64,000 nt of DNA from Kiritimatiellia bacterium. Its GTDB lineage: Bacteria; Verrucomicrobiota; Kiritimatiellia; RZYC01. Below, one piece after another: positions 8,971 to 18,371 of this stretch; the stretch's first letter is position 1, and each line of letters starts with the position of its first letter. Below the pieces are notes generated by a model that was given only the letters and a program-made list of their open reading frames with translations, searched no databases and was not told the origin of the DNA. A program made the position numbers and the translations under genes. The stretch covers positions 6,267-70,266 of the forward strand of contig JAQVYB010000003.1 of the NCBI GenBank assembly GCA_028708815.1. Direction: 5' to 3'.

Positions 8971-10560
8971 GTGCCGGGTTCGGCTTGTAATCGGCGCCGC
9001 ACACGCCTACATTTCTTCGTCATGAATGTTTTGCGAATCAGTGGTTCCATGCATCAGGCAGATCGGGCAACCCCGTTGCTGCATGCGGCGGGCGGGGTGC
9101 ACGTCAATATCTGTACCGACCTTGAACAGGCCACTCAATTTCTCCGTGAGCAGAACCCCGATTCGGTGCTGGTGGATTCAGATGCCGCCGAACGAAAATC
9201 GCTGATGGCCTTCATACGTCGTCATGCCGGGCGATGGCCATTGGTGGTGTTGCTGCATCATCCGCATGAGGATGCCGCCGAAGATTTCCTGCTGGCCGGC
9301 GCACAGGATGTCCTGCCCGCCGCCGCCGTGGCTCCCTCCGATTTTTCCAGAGCCCTGCATTTGGCGCCGCTTCGCCTTCTTCGTGAGCGGCATTTGCATG
9401 AAGCCCTGGAACAGTCGCTCAAGATGGAGGCGGTCGGGCGAATGGCCGGCGGGATCGCGCACGATTACAATAATCTCCTGACCGTGATCATGAACAATGC
9501 CATTCTCGCCCGCGACGCGCTTCCGCCGGCATCCGAGGCGATTGTCGATCTGAATGAGCAGATACGCATCATCAAACAAGCTGCCGCTCTCACTCGACGC
9601 CTGCTGATCATGTCGCGCAGCAAGCCGAACATGCTCGAAGAGGTGGATCTTTGCGCCCTGGCCTCCGGCATGAAAAAAATGTTTCGTCATGTTACGGGTG
9701 ACCGGGTGCGTCTGCATCTCCTGCTTGCAGAGAAGCCCGTTTTCATCCGGGCCGATCCCATTCAGGTGGAGCAGGCCCTCCTGAATCTGGTGATCAATGC
9801 GTGCGATGCCATGTGGTATGAGGGAGCCATCACCATCACCGTGGCCGTGTGCGATATGATGCAGGAGGCGGGCCATCTCTATTTCGGTGAGCCGGATGAG
9901 CCGGAGCGTCCGCGTGCCATGATCTCCGTGGCCGATACCGGCGAAGGCATCTCCGAAGAGGTTCTTCCCCACCTCTTTGAACCTTTTTTCACCACGAAAA
10001 ATGCGGACCAGGGAACCGGATTGGGACTTTATCAGGTATACAGCACCGTCCAGCAGCACCAAGGCGCCATCAGCGTTTGCAGTGTTGTCGGAAATGGCGC
10101 CGAGTTTCGCCTCTTCTTTCCGATGCAATCAGGTGTTGCCCGCCCACAGGTTGAATCACCACCTGCTCCTCCGCCTGCTCCCGGGCGCGAAATCATTCTG
10201 TTGGTGGAAGATGATGGCGGGGTACGCCGAACGACGCGCCGCCTGCTCGAATCTCTCGGCTATGAAGTGATGGAAGCGGAAAACGGACGCGAAGCCCTGG
10301 GCCTCGAAGACTCACGCTTGGCAAGGGTACGTCTCCTGCTCAGTGATATCATGATGCCGGATATTGACGGCGTACGCCTGGCCGACGCATTGCGCGGACG
10401 CCACCCGAAACTGCGCATCATTCTCGTTTCGGGTTATCCCGATGAAAAACTCGCCCGACAGGGACTGCTGCCCGAAAAATACGCCTTTGTCCCCAAGCCG
10501 TTTCTTGATGATTGCCTCCCCCGCCTCATCCGCGCTTTGCTTGATGAAGAGAGACTGTAA
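8971..10560 (+). CDS. Hybrid sensor histidine kinase (degenerate N-terminal receiver-like domain, HisKA, HATPase_c, C-terminal REC)
   Basis: H-box GIAHDYNNLLTVI; N/G boxes (LNLVINACDAM; DTGEGI; GTGLGLYQVY); C-terminal REC (ILLVEDD...DIMMPDIDG...VSGY). Start may be 9016. Confidence 0.75.
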   Translation: MPGSACNRRRTRLHFFVMNVLRISGSMHQADRATPLLHAAGGVHVNICTDLEQATQFLREQNPDSVLVDSDAAERKSLMAFIRRHAGRWPLVVLLHHPHEDAAEDFLLAGAQDVLPAAAVAPSDFSRALHLAPLRLLRERHLHEALEQSLKMEAVGRMAGGIAHDYNNLLTVIMNNAILARDALPPASEAIVDLNEQIRIIKQAAALTRRLLIMSRSKPNMLEEVDLCALASGMKKMFRHVTGDRVRLHLLLAEKPVFIRADPIQVEQALLNLVINACDAMWYEGAITITVAVCDMMQEAGHLYFGEPDEPERPRAMISVADTGEGISEEVLPHLFEPFFTTKNADQGTGLGLYQVYSTVQQHQGAISVCSVVGNGAEFRLFFPMQSGVARPQVESPPAPPPAPGREIILLVEDDGGVRRTTRRLLESLGYEVMEAENGREALGLEDSRLARVRLLLSDIMMPDIDGVRLADALRGRHPKLRIILVSGYPDEKLARQGLLPEKYAFVPKPFLDDCLPRLIRALLDEERL

Positions 10561-10634
10561 GCGTGGTTCGGAAAAGCGCCCGCCGCTGAAGGATGAGCAT
10601 CGCGCGGGACGCGCCAACGCGCAGATGCGCCCGA

Positions 10635-11504
10635 TCACAACGGCGGAATTGAAAAGTCATACACCATGCCGCACCACTCGCCATTGCCGTCCCACACCAC
10701 TTCTCGGGCGCCCTGTGCCAGAAAGGCGCTGCTCACCTCGTCGGATTCCGTTTGCAGAATGCCGGTAAGGATCAGCCGTCGCCGCGTGACTCGAGCAAGG
10801 CTTTCCGCGCATTGAATCAGCAGACGGGAAAAAATGTTTGCGCAAACGAGGTCGTAGGGGCCTCCGGGGATGCCGAGAGTAATGTCGTGTTCGAAGAGAT
10901 GGACGTGTTGCGTCTGGTTGCGCCGCAGGTTTTCGCGGGTGTATTGCAGGCAGAGCGGATCAAAGTCAAAGGCGTCGATGTGCGTGCATCCGAGTTTTTC
11001 TGCGGCGATGGCCAGAATGCCGCTGCCGGTGCCCGCATCCAACATGGTTTGGGGCGGCTCCTGTTGGAAGGCCTGATCAATTTGTTCGAGGCAGAAGCGG
11101 GTGGTGAAGTGATCGCCGGTTCCGAAGCTCAGGCCCGGCTCCAGCAGAATGGTGGCGCGCCCCGTGTCGGGCGCGTCCTCCCAGACCGGAACGATCTGCA
11201 AACGCTCTCCAATGAGTTGCGTGTGAAAATGGTTTTTCCAGAACGCCTGCCAGTCGCGTGCGGAACAGTTGCGCACGGTGCAGGCATGCCCGGGAAACTG
11301 ACGAAGCAGGGCGCGTTGTGCCAATTGAGCCCGGACGGGTTCTGTGAAGTAGAGCTCCAGCCATCCATCCGTCGCATTCGGACGGCTGAGTTCCACCGGC
11401 TCCACCTGCAAGGCCTCGCGAACCCACTCCGCCGCCGCTTCGCTTTGGTCCGCGCCGATCCCGAGGGTCACAATAATCCAGTTCTGTTCCGTTTGTTCGT
11501 TCAT
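10635..11504 (-). CDS. prmA: Ribosomal protein L11 methyltransferase
   Basis: PrmA motifs (FGTGDHFTT, LDAGTGSGILAIAA); start taken at internal ATG (MNEQTEQNWIIV) typical of PrmA N-termini. Confidence 0.75.
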   Translation of the reverse strand: MNEQTEQNWIIVTLGIGADQSEAAAEWVREALQVEPVELSRPNATDGWLELYFTEPVRAQLAQRALLRQFPGHACTVRNCSARDWQAFWKNHFHTQLIGERLQIVPVWEDAPDTGRATILLEPGLSFGTGDHFTTRFCLEQIDQAFQQEPPQTMLDAGTGSGILAIAAEKLGCTHIDAFDFDPLCLQYTRENLRRNQTQHVHLFEHDITLGIPGGPYDLVCANIFSRLLIQCAESLARVTRRRLILTGILQTESDEVSSAFLAQGAREVVWDGNGEWCGMVYDFSIPPL

Positions 11505-11628
11505 GCCTGCTTCCAGTGTAAAAAATAACTTTGCCAAGAGCCCATCCGAATCCGTATACCTCTAAAGAATAAGAAATACCTTTGCGATTAAAAAATCAGC
11601 ATACAGGACAGGCGGAAGGAAAAAGAAA

Positions 11629-12624
11629 ATGAAAAAAATGACGGTAATCGGGGATGGCGGATGGGGGACGGCCCTGGCCATGGTCCTTCAAAAAAACGGC
11701 TTCGACGTGTGCGTTTGGGGGCCATTCCCGCAGTATCTGAACGAAATTCGTGCCACGCATGAAAACCGCAAATTTCTGCCGGGGGTGGCCCTTCCGGAGG
11801 CTGTTTCCTGGACGGCGGACCGCGCCGAAGCCGTGCGGGATGCCTCACTGGTGGTGGTGGCCGCGCCATCGCATTATTTCAAACCGGTACTCTCCTCCTT
11901 TGCGGGGCTGATTGCTCCCGAGACGCCTTTGGTCAGCGTGACGAAGGGGTTTGATGAGGAATCCGGTCGGCTGATGACCGATCTTGCCCGGGAGATCCTT
12001 GATCGGCCCTCCGTGGCGGCCCTTTCCGGCCCGAGTCATGCGGAAGAGGTCGCCCGCGAAGTGCCGACGGCCGTGGTACTGGCCAGTACCCTTCCCGAGG
12101 AGCAGGTCCGCCTGCAGGAAATGTTCACCAGCGGCGTTTTCAGGGTCTATACTTCCGATGACGTACTCGGTGTTCAGTTGGGCGGCGCCGTAAAAAACGT
12201 CATAGCGATTGCCGTAGGGGCCTGCGACGGGCTGGGCTTCGGCGACAACACCAAGGCCGCCCTCATGACCCGGGGCCTGGCCGAAATCACCCGGCTGGGA
12301 ATGGCGATGGGTGCCCGGCTCGATACCTTCGCCGGGCTTAGCGGTATGGGCGACCTGATTGTTACCTGCGGCAGCCGGCACAGCCGCAATCGGTCGGTCG
12401 GTGAACGGCTTGGACGCGGCGAAAGCATTGAGCAGATTCGCGCGGGTATGGAACAAGTGGCCGAGGGTGTTTGGAATTGCGTGCCCGCCCGTATGCTGGC
12501 TCGGAAATACGGGGTGGAGATGCCGATTACCGAAGCGGTGTATGCCTTGATTTACGAGGGAAAATCCTGCATGCAGGCGGTTCAGGAGTTGCTGGAGCGC
12601 ACGCCGAAACCAGAAAGCATCTGA
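11629..12624 (+). CDS. gpsA: NAD(P)H-dependent glycerol-3-phosphate dehydrogenase
   Basis: N-terminal Rossmann GDGGWGTALA; GpsA core motifs (NVIAIAVGACDGLGFGDNTKAAL). Confidence 0.85.
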   Translation: MKKMTVIGDGGWGTALAMVLQKNGFDVCVWGPFPQYLNEIRATHENRKFLPGVALPEAVSWTADRAEAVRDASLVVVAAPSHYFKPVLSSFAGLIAPETPLVSVTKGFDEESGRLMTDLAREILDRPSVAALSGPSHAEEVAREVPTAVVLASTLPEEQVRLQEMFTSGVFRVYTSDDVLGVQLGGAVKNVIAIAVGACDGLGFGDNTKAALMTRGLAEITRLGMAMGARLDTFAGLSGMGDLIVTCGSRHSRNRSVGERLGRGESIEQIRAGMEQVAEGVWNCVPARMLARKYGVEMPITEAVYALIYEGKSCMQAVQELLERTPKPESI

Positions 12625-12668
12625 GAGCCCGACACGCATATTGACGGATGATGGATTGGAGCGGAGAA

Positions 12669-13448
12669 ATGAAAAAAATGATTATGGCGGGTTTGGTTCT
12701 TTTCGGCTTGCTTCAGGGCGCACAGTCGGAAGAGCAGGTAGACACACTGGTTCAGGTCTCTTCTTTGGATGCCCTCTTGAGTGGAGCCTACGATGGCGTT
12801 ATGACCTTTGCCGATCTGAAAAAGTTCGGCACCGCCGGCATTGGCACCTTTGATCGGTTGGATGGTGAGATGCTGCTGCTGGATGGCATGGTTTATCAGA
12901 TGAAATCCGATGGTTCCGTGGTGCAGCCGGAGGATTCCATGACCACGCCCTTTGCCGCCGTTTGCTCTTTTCGAGCCGAAGAGCAAATGAGCACGGAGAT
13001 CACAATGGACTACGAGGCCTTCAAGGCGGCCCTGACCACGTGGATTCCGCAATCCGGCGCATTGATTGCATTTAAAGTGGACGGGTCATTTCACACGATG
13101 AAAACGCGGGTGGTGCCGGGGCAGCAAAAGCCTTATCCGCCGCTCTCGGAAGTGGCCAAAACCCAGCCGGAATTTGAATGCACAAACGTGACGGGAACGC
13201 TTGTCGGGGTACGGTTTCCCTCGTACATGAGCGGCGTCAACATGGCCGGATACCATTTTCATTTTCTGAGTGAAGATCGGCAGTTCGGTGGACATGTGCT
13301 TGCCTTTGAAATGAACCCAGGGGCCCGCTGCGAAGCCAATCTCTTCGAGCAGTTTCTGATGAAAAGCCCGCCGTTGGAGGGCGGACTCATTCAGGAGCAG
13401 AGCCTCTCCCGCGACCAGTTCGACGCCCTGCTCCAACAGGTGGAGTAA
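12669..13448 (+). CDS. Alpha-acetolactate decarboxylase family protein with signal peptide
   Basis: AlsD motifs (GIGTFDRLDGEMLLLDGMVYQ; HFHF); ATG at 12669 preceded by GGAG; N-terminal signal peptide. Confidence 0.65.
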   Translation: MKKMIMAGLVLFGLLQGAQSEEQVDTLVQVSSLDALLSGAYDGVMTFADLKKFGTAGIGTFDRLDGEMLLLDGMVYQMKSDGSVVQPEDSMTTPFAAVCSFRAEEQMSTEITMDYEAFKAALTTWIPQSGALIAFKVDGSFHTMKTRVVPGQQKPYPPLSEVAKTQPEFECTNVTGTLVGVRFPSYMSGVNMAGYHFHFLSEDRQFGGHVLAFEMNPGARCEANLFEQFLMKSPPLEGGLIQEQSLSRDQFDALLQQVE

Positions 13449-13759
13449 GAATGCTTCTCCAGACGATTCGCCGTTCAAACCAATCTCTTCGACCCCAATG
13501 TCCGCAGCAAACGGATTGAGGCGGCGATGGGAACAAATAATCATCACAGGGATTTCGAGACCTGTTTGAGTTCGTTCGGACTCAGGCGTTTGATCATATG
13601 GGCGTGTTCACTTATTTTCCGAAACCAGACATAGACACAAACAATGTAACAGTTGTGGCGCTACTGTTGTTAAAAACATGAAATAACCCTTGACCGATGA
13701 GTGGAAATATGGAATATCAATAAGCAGTAAGTCGAATACTGTTATACGAGATATTCATT

Positions 13760-14350
13760 ATGCCGCGAAATGAGACCATCAAAAACCTCGTTGAGATCCA
13801 GATCGGATACCAGCTTCGTCAGAAGCCAAAGGCCGATGATGACGGGAAAATCCTGCTGATTCAGCTCAAGGACATCAACACGAGCCGCACCCAACTGGAG
13901 TTCACGGAAGAAACCCTTCGTTTCGATCCGAAGCGCAGCATTGAAAGGCAACTTCTGGAAGAGGGCGATGTCCTCTTTATGGGTAAAGGTTCCAAACCGT
14001 TCGCCTGCGTCGTTCGCAATCTGCCCGCGCCGGCAGTGGCAACCGGCATGTTTTTTATTCTACGTCCGAAGATGAAGCGCATCCTGCCGGAGTATCTGGC
14101 CTGGGTGCTGAACAGCAAACGGACCTTGGACACACTGATGATCGCTTCGGGAACAGGTGTAGCGATGCCGGTGATTCGGCGGACGGAACTGGAAAAAGTT
14201 TCAATCCCTCTGCCCCCGCTGGAAACTCAGAAAAAGATCGGCGAGTTGCAGGAGCTGAACAGGCAGGAAATGGATTTGATAAACCAGCTGAGCGAACAGC
14301 GACAGATTCTCACCGAAGGAATCTGCCGCTCCCTGATGGAAAACTTTTAA
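13760..14350 (+). CDS. hsdS: Type I restriction-modification specificity subunit, half-size (single target-recognition domain)
   Basis: 196 aa; TRD followed by conserved HsdS coiled-coil (LPPLETQKKIGELQELNRQEMDLINQLSEQRQILTE); directly upstream of hsdM; AT-rich, characteristic of TRDs. Confidence 0.75.
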   Translation: MPRNETIKNLVEIQIGYQLRQKPKADDDGKILLIQLKDINTSRTQLEFTEETLRFDPKRSIERQLLEEGDVLFMGKGSKPFACVVRNLPAPAVATGMFFILRPKMKRILPEYLAWVLNSKRTLDTLMIASGTGVAMPVIRRTELEKVSIPLPPLETQKKIGELQELNRQEMDLINQLSEQRQILTEGICRSLMENF

Positions 14351-14364
14351 ACAGGAGAGCAATC

Positions 14365-15867
14365 ATGAATGACCAGCAGATTAAAAACGATATTTACAAT
14401 GTGGTGTGGAGCGCGTGCGACACGTTTCGTGGCACCATCGAGCCGAGCACCTATAAGGATTACATCCTGACGATGTTGTTTGTGAAATATCTGAGCGACG
14501 TGCGCAAATCGAAGATCGCCGAATATAAGAAACAGTACGACGGCAATGTGGTGCGCATTAATCGGGCGATGAGCAACGAACGCTTCTCGATTCCGGAGGA
14601 CTGCACTTTTGACTATTTATATGGAAAACGCAACGATCCCGAAATCGGGCAGACCATCAACACGGTGCTCGAAAAGATTGAGGATGCCAATAAAGCCAAA
14701 CTGCACAATGTGTTCCGCAATATCGACTTCAACAGCGAACACAACCTTGGGAAACCCCGCCAGCGCAATGAGCGGCTGAAAAATCTGCTGGACGACTTTA
14801 ACAACCCCAAGCTCGACCTGCGTCAGGAGCGGGTTGGCCACCTCGATATTATCGGGGATGTCTATGAATATCTGATCGCCAAATTCGCCTCGCAGGCCGG
14901 GAAAAAAGCGGGCGAATTCTACACGCCGTCGGAAGTGTCCGAAACATTGGCGCGGCTGGTGGCCCCCGAAAAAGGAAGCCGCATCTGCGATCCCACTTGC
15001 GGATCGGGGTCGTTGCTGATCAAAGCGTCCAAGCAGGTCGGAAGCCGCGATTTTTCGCTCTATGGACAGGAGATGAACGGTGCCACCTGGGCGCTGTGCA
15101 AAATGAATATGTTCCTGCACGAGGTGGACAGCGCCCGCATTGAGTGGGAAGACACCCTGCGCGAGCCGCAACTGCTCGAAGGCGACAGCCTGATGAAATT
15201 TGATGTGGTGATCGCCAACCCGCCCTTCTCGCTCGACAAATGGGGGCAGGAGATGGCGGCGATAGATCAATACAACCGGTTTGAGCGCGGCATTCCGCCC
15301 AAAAGCAAAGGCGACTGGGCGTTCATCATGCACATGCTCGCGACGGCGGTGGAAGGCAAAGGGCGCGTCGGTGTGGTGGTTCCGCACGGGGTGCTTTTCC
15401 GGGGTGCGGCGGAAGGCGCCATTCGCCAAAAAGTGATTGAAGAAAATCTGCTGGCCGGAGTGATCGGCCTGCCCGCGAACCTGTTCTACGGAGCGGGGAT
15501 TCCGGCGGCGCTGCTGATCTTCGACAAGGCGCGCAAACCGAACGGCAAAGAGGATGTGTTCTTTATCGATGCCTCCCGCGAATTTGAGCAGGGAACCAAC
15601 CAGAACGTGCTCAAGCCGGAGCACATGGACAAAATCGTCGAGACGTTCCAAAAGCGGGAGAAAATTGAGAAGTACAGCTATTCGGCCACCTTCGAGGAGA
15701 TCAAAGAGAACGACTTCAACCTGAACATTCCGCGCTATGTGGACACCTTCGAGCCGGAACCGGAAGTGGATATTCCCGCCGTGCAAAAGACGATTGTGGA
15801 ACTGGAAACCGAGCTGTCCGGAGTGCGGGCGAAGATGGATGGCTATTTGAAAGAGCTTTGGTTTTAA
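14365..15867 (+). CDS. hsdM: Type I restriction-modification DNA methyltransferase subunit M (N6-adenine)
   Basis: HsdM N-terminal domain (IWSACDTFRG), SAM motif I (ICDPTCGSGSLL), motif IV NPPFS. Confidence 0.9.
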   Translation: MNDQQIKNDIYNVVWSACDTFRGTIEPSTYKDYILTMLFVKYLSDVRKSKIAEYKKQYDGNVVRINRAMSNERFSIPEDCTFDYLYGKRNDPEIGQTINTVLEKIEDANKAKLHNVFRNIDFNSEHNLGKPRQRNERLKNLLDDFNNPKLDLRQERVGHLDIIGDVYEYLIAKFASQAGKKAGEFYTPSEVSETLARLVAPEKGSRICDPTCGSGSLLIKASKQVGSRDFSLYGQEMNGATWALCKMNMFLHEVDSARIEWEDTLREPQLLEGDSLMKFDVVIANPPFSLDKWGQEMAAIDQYNRFERGIPPKSKGDWAFIMHMLATAVEGKGRVGVVVPHGVLFRGAAEGAIRQKVIEENLLAGVIGLPANLFYGAGIPAALLIFDKARKPNGKEDVFFIDASREFEQGTNQNVLKPEHMDKIVETFQKREKIEKYSYSATFEEIKENDFNLNIPRYVDTFEPEPEVDIPAVQKTIVELETELSGVRAKMDGYLKELWF

Positions 15868-15900
15868 AGTGGATATGACGGAGAAGGAACGGATAGAAGG

Positions 15901-17355
15901 ATGAACCTGAAACAAATACAGGCAGATATTGAACAGGGCGAAGGGTTGCACCGCGAATTCAAAGAAGCAGGCAATCAACTGCCACGTAACCTGTTCGAAA
16001 CAATCTGTGCCTTCCTGAACACAGATGGAGGCTCAATATTCCTCGGAGTCGCAAATGACGGCACAATCACCGGCATTGATCCAGATGCCGCCACACAAAT
16101 GAAAACGGATTTAGCCAACCTCTCGAACAACCCTCAAAAACTCGACCTTCCTTACCTGCTGTTCCCTCATGAATTTGAACTGGAGGGGAAAACCATCATC
16201 GTCGTCCAGGTACCGCTCAGCTCCCAGCTGCATAAGACTGGTGGACACATCTTTCTGCGAAGCGAAGACGGGGACTATCGTGTACTGGGCACGCATCAGC
16301 TTGCCGGACTCATCAACCGAAAACTAAGCCTGTTCACCGAACAGCGAACACTGCCTTTTGTCACCATGGAGCACCTGCGACCCGAACTGTTCGAACGGGC
16401 ACGCCGCCTCATGCGCTCGACCAACTCGAAACACCCGTGGGCCGATCTCAGCAATGAAGAGCTGCTCCGGATTGGCGGGTTTTACTCCGAAGATCGCGAG
16501 ACAGGAAAAGAATGCCTTACGCTGGCGGCGGTTCTCATGTTCGGCACCGACCTGGCCATCCAGCGGGCTGCACCGGCATATAAATTCGACTGCCTGCTCC
16601 GCCGCGACAATGTGGATCGCTACGACGACCGCGTGATGATCTACACCAACCTGATTGATGCATACGACCAAATGATGGAGTTTGTCGAAAAACACCTGAA
16701 TGATCCCTTCTATCTTGAAGGCGACATGCGAATCAGTCTGCGTGATAAAATTTTCAGAGAAGCCATCTCCAACATCATCTCGCACCGCGAATATACCGGC
16801 GGTGCGCCGGCACGGTTAATGATCTACCGCGACAAAGTCGTTCTCGACAACCCCTGCACCCTGCACCACTTCGGAGAAATCACCCCGGCCAACCTGCGCC
16901 CGTTTTCAAAGAACCCCACCCTCTGCAAATTCATGATCCAGCTCGGTCGCTTCGACCAGCTCGGTTCCGGCGTCACCAATATCAACAAATACCTGCCGCT
17001 CTATGCCAAAGGAGCCAAGCCGGTTTTCAACGAAACTCACCACGGCTTTGAACTGACCATCCCACTGGCAGAGGCCCAAGTCACCGGGGAAGTCACCGGG
17101 GAAGTCACCGGGGAAGTCACCGGGGAAGTCAAACGCCTGCTCTCCGTTATGAATGGCGAAATGAAACGAACCGAGATTCAAAGCGCACTGGGCCTTAAAC
17201 ACGAGGATTACTTCCGCGAAGCTTATCTGCTTCCGACGATCAAGCTGGGGCTGGTTGAAATGACCATCCCGGATAAGCCGCGCAGCAGTAAACAGAAATA
17301 TTGCCTCACCGAAAAAGGGAAACAACTGCTGGAGAGTGAAAACAGAACGAAATGA
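15901..17355 (+). CDS. AlbA_2/Schlafen-like putative DNA-binding ATPase (COG2865-like) with C-terminal wHTH; contains VTGE x4 repeat
   Basis: N-terminal AlbA_2 signature (EFKE...FLNTDGGSIFLGV), central RecG-C-terminal-like/HATPase_c_4-like region, C-terminal helix-turn-helix; stop overlaps next start (ATGA). Confidence 0.6.
   Translation: MNLKQIQADIEQGEGLHREFKEAGNQLPRNLFETICAFLNTDGGSIFLGVANDGTITGIDPDAATQMKTDLANLSNNPQKLDLPYLLFPHEFELEGKTIIVVQVPLSSQLHKTGGHIFLRSEDGDYRVLGTHQLAGLINRKLSLFTEQRTLPFVTMEHLRPELFERARRLMRSTNSKHPWADLSNEELLRIGGFYSEDRETGKECLTLAAVLMFGTDLAIQRAAPAYKFDCLLRRDNVDRYDDRVMIYTNLIDAYDQMMEFVEKHLNDPFYLEGDMRISLRDKIFREAISNIISHREYTGGAPARLMIYRDKVVLDNPCTLHHFGEITPANLRPFSKNPTLCKFMIQLGRFDQLGSGVTNINKYLPLYAKGAKPVFNETHHGFELTIPLAEAQVTGEVTGEVTGEVTGEVKRLLSVMNGEMKRTEIQSALGLKHEDYFREAYLLPTIKLGLVEMTIPDKPRSSKQKYCLTEKGKQLLESENRTK
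17080..17127 (+). repeat. Perfect 4 x 12-nt in-frame tandem repeat (gtcaccggggaa; VTGE x4) inside the AlbA_2-like gene
   Basis: Read directly from sequence. Confidence 0.9.
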
Positions 17356-18371
17356 GCAAAAACCAATACAATCCCGAAATTCATCACCGCCGGTCGATCC
17401 GGCTGAAGGGGCACGACTATGCCGGGGGCGGGTTGTATTTTGTGACGATGTGCGCGCATCGGGAGTTTATCGAAGCAACACGGGGCTCTCCGTTCCTGCC
17501 GCTTCACAAACTCATCCAGGAGCGCATGCAGATCACTGCTGAAAAATGTCCCCACATGGAATGGGGCGAATCGGTGATTATGCCGGATCATTTTCATGCG
17601 CTCATCCGCATTCGAAAAGGCGGCCACCAATCGCTGGGCGATATCATCGGCGGCTTCAAAGCGGCGGTAACGCGCGAATTTCGCAAAAGCATTCGGGGCG
17701 AAAGGGGCGAGAGGGGCGAGAGGGGCGAGAGGGGCGAGAGGGGCGAGGCAGGCCTCGCCCGTACGGGCGGCATCAATGCCGCCCCTATCAATGCCGCCCC
17801 CATTTCTGCCGCCGTTTCCGATAGAATGCGCGTCTGGCACCGCAATTATTATGAAATGATTGTGCGCACGCCGGAGGCGGAAAAGAAGATCGCCCAATAT
17901 ATCCAGATGAATCCGTGGCGGTGCGTGCAGCAACTGAAAAAGGGCCTGCGCGGCATGGGCAACCCTGCACTATGGACCGCCCAAAAGCTAGGTTTACTGT
18001 GCAGTCGCAATGCGCCGCGCCCCAGGAGCCTGCCAAACGCCCCAGTCTATTTGAGCGGCTTCCACTCCCCTATGGAAAAGGAGATTTTCAAAAAGCTGCT
18101 GGAGCTGAAAAAACCAATCATCTGGTGCCCTGCATGGGGTCTGAAACGGGCCGCATTCGCACCCGGCGTGCGCGAAGCGCTTGAGGAAAATCGCATGCTG
18201 ATTTTAGAAATGCACGACACCGCAGGCGATCTGGCCGCGGCTGAACAGCGCAATCGGTTCGTGCTGGAACACGCCGACAAACTCTGGCTCCCGCACGTCA
18301 CCCCCGGCGGCATGCTCGATCGGCTGGTAAGTGAATTGAAAATGAAAAATTTTGAATTAGGAGTTTTATGA
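17352..18371 (+). CDS. Fusion protein: REP-associated tyrosine transposase (RAYT/TnpA_REP, HuH-Y1) domain with internal RGE x5-6 repeat, fused to a C-terminal DprA/Smf-like (SLOG) Rossmann domain
   Basis: N-terminal ~200 aa align motif-by-motif to E. coli RayT from memory (RRSIRLKGHDY..GGLYFVT; PDHFHALI; WHRNYYEMIV...YIQMNPW). C-terminal ~150 aa follow DprA Rossmann pattern (CSRNAPRPRS; YLSGFHSP; LILEMHDTAGD; RNRFV; VTPGGMLDRL). ATGA overlaps at both ends (17352 and 18368). Confidence 0.5.
   Translation: MSKNQYNPEIHHRRSIRLKGHDYAGGGLYFVTMCAHREFIEATRGSPFLPLHKLIQERMQITAEKCPHMEWGESVIMPDHFHALIRIRKGGHQSLGDIIGGFKAAVTREFRKSIRGERGERGERGERGERGEAGLARTGGINAAPINAAPISAAVSDRMRVWHRNYYEMIVRTPEAEKKIAQYIQMNPWRCVQQLKKGLRGMGNPALWTAQKLGLLCSRNAPRPRSLPNAPVYLSGFHSPMEKEIFKKLLELKKPIIWCPAWGLKRAAFAPGVREALEENRMLILEMHDTAGDLAAAEQRNRFVLEHADKLWLPHVTPGGMLDRLVSELKMKNFELGVL
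17694..17747 (+). repeat. 9-nt in-frame tandem repeat (gagaggggc; RGE x ~6) inside the RAYT-DprA gene
   Basis: Read directly from sequence; 4 perfect units plus degenerate flanking units. Confidence 0.85.

Noticed and set aside
13086-13547. 153-aa minus-strand ORF at the island border
   Set aside because: Antisense to the alsD 3' half; no features
17698-17760. GERGE repeats as a collagen-like or CRISPR-like element
   Set aside because: Only ~6 units of 9 nt in-frame within a recognisable RAYT gene and no spacer/repeat architecture, so it is a low-complexity protein linker, not a CRISPR or collagen domain
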